Origin: Octopus sinensis
Taxonomy: Eukaryota
Assembly (NCBI RefSeq): GCF_006345805.1
Contig: NW_021826097.1
Location: 1 to 13,625, forward strand
DNA length: 13,625 nucleotides
Direction: 5' to 3'
The notes below the pieces were generated by a model, which was given only the letters and a program-made list of their open reading frames with translations, was not told the origin of the DNA and did not search any database. Shown one piece after another: positions 1 to 8,519 of the stretch; the stretch's first letter is position 1; each line of letters begins with the position of its first letter. A program made the position numbers and the translations under genes.

Positions 1-90
1 GAAGCTATGAGATAATGCATGATTAATTCAAAACAATTTGAGTGAAAAAGTATTACATTTAATAGAGTAATCTAAACACTAAAGGGTTAA
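1..90 (+). mobile_element. Right end of a TTAA-flanked, piggyBac-type MITE, cut off by the window start
   Basis: Ends ...CTAAAGGG-TTAA (GGG 84-86, TTAA 87-90), the piggyBac-type terminus. A degenerate second copy of the terminus (taatctgaacactaaaggtttaa) follows at about 96-118. Confidence 0.65.
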
Positions 91-325
91 TTGAATAATC
101 TGAACACTAAAGGTTTAATAGTCAATGTTATGACCTACTTTTTGTGTTAGCCGTACTGGCTCTAAATCCTATTGAAATTCCGTTGAGACAACTTAAAGGT
201 TGTAGGTTGTGATATACAACAGAATGAATTTATTGATTTTTAACCCACATTGTGTATACAAGCAGCTGTAAACAACATGTTTTCTTATGCTATAACTTCA
301 TGGACAGAAAAAGAAAGATAATTTG

Positions 326-360
326 GATTGGTTTCAACCCTTTTATTGAGATCTCATCAG
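326..360 (-). ncRNA. Degenerate type I hammerhead-ribozyme-like motif 1 (probably inactive)
   Basis: Minus strand reads CUGAUGA-gaucucaauaaaaggguu-GAAAC-CA-AUC. Stem II can form about 5 bp with G-U wobbles. Stem I is not intact. Confidence 0.45.
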
Positions 361-597
361 CGACCACACAGATACAAAGGACTTCAGTGAATTTGACAAT
401 TTAATTTGCATAAATGATGCTTTCTTGACATATAGATCAGGTAATGGTTCCCTGATGCATTTACAGGATTTTTGCTTTGATATTTTAATGAATTAACAAA
501 TAATTGCAAAGGTTTTTAACCAGGATTATGTGTTTATCCTGATGTAAACCATATCTTTATACAATATGTTTATAAACAGCTAAACAGAGATCAACCC

Positions 598-626
598 GAC
601 TGGTTTCAGGCCTGAGATTTCATCAG
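598..626 (-). ncRNA. Degenerate type I hammerhead-ribozyme-like motif 2 (probably inactive)
   Basis: Minus strand reads CUGAUGA-aaucucaggccu-GAAAC-CA-GUC, with intact core boxes and a GUC triplet. Stem II is mismatched and stem I is mostly G-U pairs. It shares uggucR-CUGAUGA-Raucuca and GAAACCA with motif 1. Confidence 0.45.
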
Positions 627-639
627 TGACCAACTTACC

Positions 640-1520
640 TGCCTTAACTATCCTCAAAATATTTTTCATAAATTCTCTCTTATTAAGGGCTTCAGTTAAT
701 CAGATAAAGAAAATTTGCTTAAGGAGTGGCTGTGTGGTAAGTAGCTTGCTTACCAACTACATGGCTCCAGGTTCAGCCCCAGCACGTGGCACCTTGGGCA
801 AATGTCTTCTACTATAACCTCGGGCCAACCAAAACCTTGTGAATGGATTTGGTAGACGGAAACTGAAAGAAGCCTGTCGTATGTGTGTGTGTGAGTGTGT
901 GTGTGTGTCTGTGTCTGTGTTTGTTCCCCCAACATCGCTTGACAACCAATGCTGGTGTGTTTAGAGACCGATAGAATAAGTACTAGGCTTACAAAGAATA
1001 AGTCCTGGGGTCGATTTGCTCGACTAAAGGCGGTGCTCCAGCATGGCCACACTCAAATGACTGAAACAAGTAAAAGAAAGTAAAAGAAACAACATATACT
1101 AAATCTAATTAAGGAATCACTGATGCATTAACATGTTGTTATGCTACTATAATTTACTATAGACTAAATCTGTAAATTATTAACCAGTATATATTTCTGT
1201 AGACATATGTCTGCAGAGATATTGTGTAAAAGACAAGCTGTCAAGTTGCTTACATCTGTCTACAGACGGAGCATCGGCAAGAAACCTCAAGATTTATTCT
1301 ATTGTAAATCATAACAAAACACTGCAAATGCACCAATAATAATTTATTAATAGTATTAGCATATGCAACAATGGACTGTTGAATTTCATGCGTGGCTGAA
1401 AGTTTCTGTCATTAAGGTTGAAAGTTATGTTGAAATAATTGACTGTTTTGAAGTCGGTGGCTGGCGTGATTCAGTGATGCTAAGAGTGACACCCCTTCAG
1501 CTGCAAACATCTTTAACAGC
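640..1520 (-). pseudogene. Fossil Penelope-like retroelement ORF (RT thumb to GIY-YIG C-terminus), interrupted by SINE A1
   Basis: Minus-strand frames read, in 5'-3' order: KMFAAEGVSL / ITPATDFKTVNYFNITFNLNDRNFQPRMKFNSPLLHM (about 1510-1360), YNRINL and CRC (about 1300-1270), EIYTG (1197-1183), LNKREF (687-670). The first block shares the 13-mer taactttcaacct with the + strand fossil at about 10267. Confidence 0.7.
723..1088 (+). mobile_element. tRNA-derived SINE, family A (copy A1)
   Basis: A-box-like TGGCTGTGTGG, B-box-like GGTTCAGCCC, central (GT)n and a GTAAAAGA tail. About 30 nt of the middle domain is deleted at about 963 relative to other copies. Confidence 0.9.
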
Positions 1521-1536
1521 CTGCAAACATCTTTAA
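1498..1536. repeat. Two-copy 19/20-bp tandem duplication
   Basis: cagctgcaaacatctttaa followed directly by cagcctgcaaacatctttaa. Confidence 0.9.
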
Positions 1537-1668
1537 ATAAATAAACTGCAGCAAGAGAGATACGTTATTGGTTACTGGCTTGAATTATTAGGATTAATTT
1601 ACTTAACAAAAGATATTGACACGTACATATGCAAATGCCAAAACTTGAAAACTCAAACACATACATAA

Positions 1669-1831
1669 GGTGCAGGTATGGGTGTATGGTTAAGAAGCTC
1701 ACTTCTGTAACAGTGAGGTTTTGGATTCAATCTCACTGTACTACACCTAAAGCAAGTGTTTTCTTCTATAGCCCAAGGCCAGTTAATGCCTTGTGAGTGC
1801 ATATGGTAGATGGAAACTGTGAGAAGCTGTC

Positions 1832-1835
<4 letters not shown>
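1669..1835 (+). mobile_element. Old, diverged family A SINE, 5' half
   Basis: ggtgcaggtatgggtgtatggttaagaagc...ccttgtgagtgcatatggtagatggaaactg aligns to the family A head and runs into (TA)n. Confidence 0.8.
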
Positions 1836-1867
<32 letters not shown>

Positions 1868-1870
1868 CCC

Positions 1871-2272
1871 TTTTACTCTTTACTCTTTTACTTCTTTCAG
1901 TCATTTGACTGGGGCCATGTTGGAGCACCGCCTTTAGTCGAGCAAATCGACCCGGGACTTATTCTTTGTAAGCCAGTACTTATTCTATCGGTCTCTTTTG
2001 CTGAACCGCAAGTGAGGGGACGTAAACACACCAGCATCGGTTGTCAAGCAATGCTAGGGGGACAAACACAAACATACACACACACATATATATATACATA
2101 TATAACATATATACGACAGGCTTCTTTCAGTTTCCGTCTACCAAATCCATCACAAGGCTTTGGTCGGCTCGAGGCTATAGTAGAAGACACTTGCCCAAGG
2201 TGCCACGCAGTGGGACTGAACCGGAAACATGTGGTTGGTAAACAAGCTACTTACCACACAGCCACTCCTGCA

Positions 2273-2274
<2 letters not shown>
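1871..2274 (-). mobile_element. Family A SINE, full length (copy A2), inside a (TA)n tract
   Basis: Reverse complement of the complete head, linker and tail. (TA)n lies on both sides (about 1833-1864 and 2275-2357). Confidence 0.92.
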
Positions 2275-2307
<33 letters not shown>

Positions 2308-2423
2308 ATATATATATATATATAATATATATATATTATATATATATATATATTATATAAAAAAATTACAAAAACCACCTTTTATCAATTCAAAATGAAT
2401 AATTAAATTACGCCATCTAGAAA

Positions 2424-2575
2424 ACTAAAGGCGGTGTTCCAGCATGGCCACAGTCACGTGACTGAAACAAGTAAAAGAGAGTAAAAGAAACAACATATAG
2501 TAAATCTAATTAAGGAATCACTGATGCATTAACATGTTGTTATGCTACTATAATTTACTATAGACTAAATCTGTA
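2424..2575 (+). repeat. 152-bp direct copy of 1023-1174 (SINE tail plus unique flank)
   Basis: Constant offset of 1401 nt with no indels and 6 mismatches by eye. Confidence 0.92.
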
Positions 2576-2594
2576 TGGAAAACGGATGAAGATA

Positions 2595-2765
2595 GGCGCA
2601 GGAGTGGCTGTGTGGTAAGTAGCTTGCTAACCAACCACATGGTTCCGGGTTCAGTCCCACTGCGTGGCATCTTGGGCAAGTGTCTTCTGCTATAGCCCCG
2701 GGCCGACCAATGCCTTGTGAGTGGATTTGGTAGACGGAAACTGAAAGAAGCCTGTCGTATATATG

Positions 2766-2800
<35 letters not shown>

Positions 2801-2990
2801 CTGTGTTTGTCCCCCTAGCATTGCTTGACAACTGATGCTGGTGTGTTTACGTCCCCGTCACTTAGCGGTTCGGCAAAAGAGACCGATAGAATAAGTACTG
2901 GGCTTACAAAGTCCCGGGGTCGATTTGCCCGACTAAAGGCGGTGCTCCAGCATGGCCGCAGTCAAATGACTGAAACAATTAAGAGTAAGA
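2595..2990 (+). mobile_element. Family A SINE, full length (copy A3)
   Basis: Runs from GGCGCAGGAGTGGCTGTGTGG through the TA/TG linker to the gactgaaacaa tail. Confidence 0.92.
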
Positions 2991-3029
2991 GTGAGAGAGA
3001 GAGAGTTAAATGATGATGATGATTTAATA

Positions 3030-3300
3030 TAAAGAGGTGAATCAGAAAATAGTGACACTGTGAGCAGTAATGTAGCACAAGTATAATCAAGTTATCAAAT
3101 TTACCTACTGTATTTTCTGACATACAAGTTGAATATCTCAGATCAAAATTTATAGTCAGAAAAAACGTAGGTCGACAAAGATGGCTTTGGGGGGAAAGAC
3201 AATTTGTATGTGAAATGTCGCAGGATTTGAAAAGAAAGTGGCAGTGTTTGAATGTTTACATTATATGTTGTTTACACTGTTGACTTTCATGTCACAAGGT
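3030..3300 (+). pseudogene. Possible highly decayed PLE linker/GIY-YIG fragment
   Basis: Broken frames read KYNQVIKFTYC and FVCEMSQDLKRKWQ, loosely like N..IKxSYSC and YxG..FKxRW. 3127-3217 is homologous at the DNA level to 3884-3960. Confidence 0.35.
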
Positions 3301-3340
3301 ACATGTATAAGAGTGTGCGTGTGTTTGATAGTGTGTATGT

Positions 3341-3537
3341 AATATATATATATCATCTATTATATATTACATTTAACATATATATATATTATACATATAT
3401 ATATATGTATATATAATATATATACATATATATATATATACATATATATATATACATGTATATATATACATATATATACATATATATACATATATATATA
3501 TACATATATATATACATTATATATATAATATATAATA

Positions 3538-3573
<36 letters not shown>

Positions 3574-3862
3574 CATATATATATACATATATATATATAT
3601 ACCTATACATATATATATATATATATATACATATATACATACATATATATATATATATATACATTTAATATATTATATACATATATATATCATCATCATC
3701 ATCATCATCGTTTAACGTCCATATATATACATTATATATATACATAATATATATAATATATATATATATATATATTAATATATACATATATACATATGTA
3801 CACTGTATATATATATATACATATATACATACATAATATATATATATATATATATATATAAT
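3341..3862. repeat. Compound (TA)n/(TACA)n microsatellite with a 30-nt retroposon tail inside
   Basis: The array is interrupted at about 3690-3720 by (CAT)n-cgtttaacgtcc, the minus-strand 3' tip of family D. Confidence 0.95.
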
Positions 3863-3879
3863 ACTATATTTCCAAATTA

Positions 3880-4180
3880 TTGATTGAATTTTCAAACCAA
3901 AATTTAAAACCAAAAAAACGTAGGACAAATTTTGGAGGACCAAAAATTGCACGTGAAATGATAAGAGTCTACTCTGTATGCGACATGTTAGTATTATATA
4001 CAACATTGGAATTTATGCAAAGAAATATGGTATTATTTGAAATATTTTTTATAGTATTGTATTTTTTTTTTTTTTTTTTTTTTTTACAAATTGCTCTTAG
4101 TACTTATATTAAGCAATGCTTTGTGAAGAGCTCTTTTGCTACTGCTGAATACAAAAGTCTATGCATAGACTTTCCACCAA
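3880..4180 (+). pseudogene. Possible decayed PLE GIY-YIG C-terminal fragment
   Basis: Broken frames read NVGQ, LCKEIWYYLK, YIKQC / LCEELF and LLNTK, in the same order as the C-terminal motifs at 12506-12710. Confidence 0.45.
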
Positions 4181-4188
4181 ACTGTATG

Positions 4189-4420
4189 CATCATCCTCAT
4201 CTTTTTATGTCTTCTTTTCTGTGCTCGTATGTGTCAGATGGAATTTGCTGTGAGAGAGAATATTTTACAGCCAGATGCTGTTCCTGTCACCAACACTCTG
4301 AGCAGGGTAATATTTCCTGAAGGCCAGACATATTTTCATGGAACATTGGAACTGAATGACATTGCTTGCCTTGTGGTGACACTCCTTTACAACTCTCAAG
4401 TAATGTCAAACCAGTGAGGC
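4189..4420 (-). mobile_element. Old SINE-like element related to family D
   Basis: Begins with a decayed (CAT)n tail. gatgctgttcctgtcaccaac resembles ggatgcccttcctaacgccaac in the family D copy at about 12400. Confidence 0.7.
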
Positions 4421-4474
4421 ACAAACACACACCTCTACACACACACACACACATACATACATACAACATATATA

Positions 4475-4888
4475 TATTTCTTTACTGCCCACAAGGGGCT
4501 AAACACAGAGGGGACAAACAAGAACAGACAAAGGAATTAAGTCGATTAGATCGCCCCCAGTGTGTAACTGGTACTTTATTTATCGACCCCGAAAGGATGA
4601 ATGGCAAAGTCGACCTCGGCGGAATTTGAACTCAGAACGTAGCGGCAGACGAAATACCTATTTCCTTATTACCCACAAGGGGTTAAACATAGAGGAGACA
4701 AACAAGGACAGACAAAGGAATTAAGTCGATTAGATCGACCCAGTGCGTAACTGGTACTTTATTTATCGACCCCGAAAGGATGAAGGGCAAAGTCGACCTC
4801 GGCGGAGTTTGAACTCAGAACGTAACGGAAGACGAAATACGGCTACGCATTTCGCCCGGCATGCTAATGTTTCTGCCAGCTCGCCGCC
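4475..4888 (-). mobile_element. Tandem dimer of family B tRNA-derived SINE (4475-4658 lacks the head, 4659-4888 is complete)
   Basis: Two directly repeated units of about 185 nt. The minus-strand head GGCGGCGAGCTGGCAGAA...GTTCTGAGTTCAAACTCC has A and B boxes. The central ttcatcctttcggggtcgataaataaagtaccag resembles the Meta-SINE domain (from memory). Confidence 0.88.
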
Positions 4889-4902
4889 TTACAACACATA
4901 TA

Positions 4903-5227
4903 GGCACAGGTGTGGCTGTGTGGTAAGAAGCTGGGTTTCTAATCACAAATTCTGGGTTCAGTCCCACTGTGTGGCACCTTAGATGTCTTCTACTAAAGCC
5001 ATGTGAGTGGACTTTGTTGACAGAAACTAAAAGAAGCCTGTTATGTGTGTGTGTGTGTGTGGTGTGTGTGTATCGTATGTTTGTCCCCTTCTACTGTGTG
5101 TTATGTCCCCATAACTTAGTGGTTTGGTGAGAACTTTTGGTAGAATAAATACCAAACTTGAGAAAAATAAGTACTGGGGGTGATTCATTTGAATAAAAAT
5201 TCTTTATGGCAGTGTCCCAGCATGGCC
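4903..5227 (+). mobile_element. Old family A subfamily SINE with internal deletions
   Basis: Head ggcacaggtgtggctgtgtggtaagaagc, a (TG)n linker, and a tail ending ccagcatggcc. Confidence 0.8.
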
Positions 5228-5327
5228 ATGCATGCATACATACATTTATACATAGCTTCATACATACATACATACATAGCTTCTTTCAGTTTCTCTCCAA
5301 ATCCATTTAAAATGCTTTGGTGAGCCC

Positions 5328-6012
5328 TCTCTTTTACTTGTTTCAGTCATTTGACTGTGGCCATGCTGGAGCACTACCTTTAGTCGAGCAAATCGATCTC
5401 AGGACTTATTCTTTGTAAGCCTAGTACTTATTCTATCGCTCTCTTTTGTTGAACTGCTAAGTTACAGGGACATAAACACACCAGCATCGGTTGTCAAGCA
5501 ATGTTGGGGACACACACATATATATATATATATAAACTTAAACTTAGATAAACTTAGATATGTTTCGACCAATGATTGGTCCAGGCCATGTCTAACTTAA
5601 TAGCACCACCTGGTATATATATATACACACATATATACAATGGGCTTCTTTCAGTTTCTGTCTACTATATCCACTCACAAGGATTTGGTCGGCCCGAGGC
5701 TATAGTTGAAGACAGATGCCCAAGGTGCCACGCAGTGGGACTGAACTCAGAACCATGTGGTTGGTAAGCAAGCTACTTACATACACCATCGGTTGTCAAG
5801 TGATGTTGGGGGGACAAATACAGACACACAAACACACATACATATATACATATATACAACGGGCTTCTTTCTGTTTCTCTGTCCAATCCACTCACAAGGC
5901 TTTGGTTGGCCCAAGGTTAGAGTAGAATACACTTGCCCAAGGTGCCATGCAGTGGGACTGAACTCGGAACCATGTGGTTTGTAAGCAAGCTACTTACCAC
6001 ACAGCCACTCCT
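5328..6012 (-). mobile_element. Composite of two family A SINE copies
   Basis: 3' half at 5328-5510, an unrelated insert of about 80 bp at 5532-5612 inside the TA linker, a 5' half at about 5636-5780, then a second copy (middle to head) fused directly at 5781-6012. Confidence 0.85.
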
Positions 6013-6019
6013 ATGCTAA

Positions 6020-6435
6020 TAAATATTTTATGAAGCATCTAAATGTCTCCTGTACTCCATGGAAGATTTATTAAAGAGAACACAACTAGAAGATGTCCAT
6101 TTAGTAAAAAACTATTGTTCAAAATTTGGCGAAAGACGTTTTCTCAATGGTGAAGAATATAAAGTTCAAGAAAATGTCTAAAGCCTTACAGCATAAATTA
6201 TTTACATATAATGTCTAGCAAAATCAAGAAATGAAACGAAATATTCACAACAGCTGACAAATCTTGAAATCTGTATGAAATGAACTTTGACATTTGTAAA
6301 CGTCTGAAAACAAGCTTCAACAACATCTACAAAAAAAAAAAAAATACAGAACAAAAGAATCTTTGATACATTGTTTTAAATAAAGAAGGAGGTCAAACTT
6401 TGTTTTATCAATGCATTTGTTTTGCTAGATAGTGT
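6020..6435 (+). pseudogene. Fossil PLE block 1: N-terminal domain
   Basis: SKCLLYSMEDLLKR / DVFSMVKNIKFKKMSKALQHKL / SKIKK*NEIFTTADKS*NLYEM (ADKS*NLYEM at 6253-6282), then IYKK, LNKEG and AFVLLD. There is a frameshift in the A-run at about 6108. The TGA in ADKS* fits CpG decay of an Arg CGA codon. Confidence 0.8.
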
Positions 6436-6524
6436 TATACTTGGGGGGGGGTCATATTTTTGCCAGTTAACCCTATGCACTTGCTTTTTATTACTTTTTT
6501 ACTTGTTTCAGTCATAGCTACAGA

Positions 6525-7216
6525 CTGACCAAATCCTTGTGAGTGAATTTGGTAAACAGAAATTGAAAGAAACCATTGTATACATAAACTAGCAGTATCG
6601 CCCGGCGTTGCTCGGGTTTGTAAGGGAAATAACTATATAAGCATTTTTAGAGAGTTATAGCCAAAAATTAGCCAAAAAATGCATTAAAAATGGAAAAAAA
6701 TTACGGTAATTTTTTTTTAAATCGTTGACTCATCGTAGACATTTTTAGAGAGTTACTTCCCTTATATAATAGCGAAAAAATTGCATTAAAATGGAAAAAA
6801 ATGATGGTAAATTTTTTTTTAAATTGTAGACTCATCGTAGACGTGTGCTAATACCCAGAAGGGCTCGATATGAATCATGACTATAAGATACCCGGTTTTG
6901 GTTAAACTGCACCGCAAAATGTGGGAGGAGTTAGGAATCTAAATCGTAGGAGAAAGACACACAACCTCACTTTTATATATAAAGATATGTGTGTGTGTCT
7001 TTGTGTCCGTATTTATCCCCACCACTGCATGATAACTGGAGGTTGGCATGTTTACATCCCTGAAACTTAGCAGTTTGACAAAAGAGACTGATACAATAAG
7101 TACTAAGCTTTAAAAAAAAAAGAAAATAAGTTTTAGGGTTGATACATTCAACAAAAAGTTCTTCAAGGCGGTGCCCCAGCATGGCCGCAGTCTGATGACT
7201 GAAACAAGTGAAAGAT
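6525..7216 (+). mobile_element. Old family A SINE split by the Helitron (6525-6588 and 6986-7216)
   Basis: The ccttgtgagtgaatttggtaaacagaaattgaaag domain lies left of the Helitron. The (TG) linker, middle domain and ccagcatggccgcagtc tail lie to its right. Confidence 0.75.
6589..6985 (-). mobile_element. Complete non-autonomous Helitron, 397 bp
   Basis: Minus strand begins 5'-TCTTTATATATAAAA and ends with the GC hairpin CCCGAGCAACGCCGGG (6601-6616) followed by CTAG-3' (6589-6592). It sits between A6588 and T6986 with no TSD. It contains a tandem repeat of about 100 bp (6643-6740, 6741-6842). Confidence 0.9.
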
Positions 7217-7389
7217 TATGCGAGTGTATGTGTGCGCACGCATGAGTGTGTATGTGTCAGTGCATTTGTTTGTACTTGCACTTCTCTGAAAATTACTCTG
7301 TTACAGAGAGGGTGAAGTTGCTATCATTTCCATATCAAACGGGTCATCTGCTGGCATTGGGCTCTAGAATATGGTAATAGAATATGATA

Positions 7390-7510
7390 CCTTACCTGTT
7401 TATCAGATTAAGGTTGGCAACAAGAAAAACATACGGCTGCAAAGCAATGCTCCAATAACATATACATCTAACCCATACTAGCATGGAAAAATGGATGTAA
7501 AATGAATGAA
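7390..7510 (+). mobile_element. Old family D-like 3' remnant
   Basis: ggttggcaacaagaaaaacatacggctg...aacccatactagcatggaaaaatggatgtaaaatga resembles the family D tail at 9590-9633. Confidence 0.65.
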
Positions 7511-7710
7511 GGCGCAGGAATGGCTGTGTGGTAAGTAGCTTGCTTACCAACCACATGGTTCCGAGTTCAGTCCCACTGCGTGGCATCTTGGCCAAGTGTC
7601 TTCTGCTATAGCCTCGGGCCGACAAAGCCTTGTGAGTGGATTTGGTAGACAGAACTGAAAAGAAGCCTGTCGTATATATATATATAAAGAGTATATATAT
7701 ATATATTATA

Positions 7711-7780
<70 letters not shown>

Positions 7781-7781
7781 G

Positions 7782-7813
<32 letters not shown>

Positions 7814-7817
7814 TATC

Positions 7818-7862
<45 letters not shown>

Positions 7863-8517
7863 CGCAGGAGTGGCTGTGTGGTAAGTAGCTTGTTTACCAA
7901 CCACATGGTTTGGTTCCGGGTTCAGTCCCACTGTGTGGCACCTTGGGCAAGTGTCTTCTGCTATAGCCCCAGGCCGACCAAAGCCTTGTGAGTGGATTTG
8001 GTAGACAGAAACTGAAAGAAGCCCATCGTATATATGTATATATATATATATATATGCGTGTGTGTGTTTGTGTGTCTGTGTTTGTCCCCCTAGCATTGCT
8101 TGACAACCGATGCTGGTGTGTTTACGTCCCCGTCACTTAGCGGTTCGGCAAAAAGAGACCGATAGAATAAGTACTGGGCTTACAAAAGAATAAGTACCGG
8201 GGGTCGATTTGCTCGACTAAAAGGCAGTGCTCCAGCATGGCCACAGTCAAATGACTGAAACAAGTAAAAGAGACCGATAGAATAAGTACTGGGCTTACTA
8301 AAGAATAAGTCCCGGGGGTCGATTTGCTCGACTAAAAGGCGGTGCTCCAGCATGGCCGCAGTCAAATGACTGAAACAAGTAAAAGAGACCGATAGAATAA
8401 GTACTGGGCTTACTAAAGAATAAGTCCCGGGGGTCGATTTGCTCGACTAAAAGGCGGTGCTCCAGCATGGCCGCAGTCAAATGACTGAAACAAGTAAAAG
8501 AGTAAAAGAGTAAAAGA
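7511..8517 (+). mobile_element. Family A SINE complex: 5' half (7511-7673), about 190 bp of (TA)n, then a full copy (7861-8517) with a triplicated 115-bp tail
   Basis: Two heads separated by (TA)n. Tail units at 8155-8269, 8270-8384 and 8385-8499; units 2 and 3 are identical. Confidence 0.92.
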
Positions 8518-8519
8518 GA

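Noticed and set aside
361-440. Candidate + strand exon (CAG acceptor, DHTDTKDFSEFDNLICINDAFLTYRS, CAG|GTAATG donor)
   Set aside because: No recognisable protein and no partner exons. It lies between the two hammerhead-like motifs, in what is probably pLTR sequence.
4238-4399. Candidate exon or ORF MEFAVRENILQPDAVP...
   Set aside because: It is the antisense of an old family D-related retroposon (4189-4420).
7191-7206. CTGATGA-CT-GAAAC as a hammerhead
   Set aside because: Only 2 nt separate the boxes, so stem II cannot form. It is a variant of the SINE tail gtcaaatgactgaaac.
7307-7436. Candidate exons RVKLLSFPYQTGHLL (+) and PYVFLVANLNLINR (-, strong CAG|GTAAGG)
   Set aside because: They overlap or abut an old repeat remnant, and no consistent gene model or recognisable protein emerges.
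8155-8499. CRISPR-like reading of the 115-bp repeats
   Set aside because: No unique spacers, units far too long, derived from a SINE tail, eukaryotic context and no cas genes.
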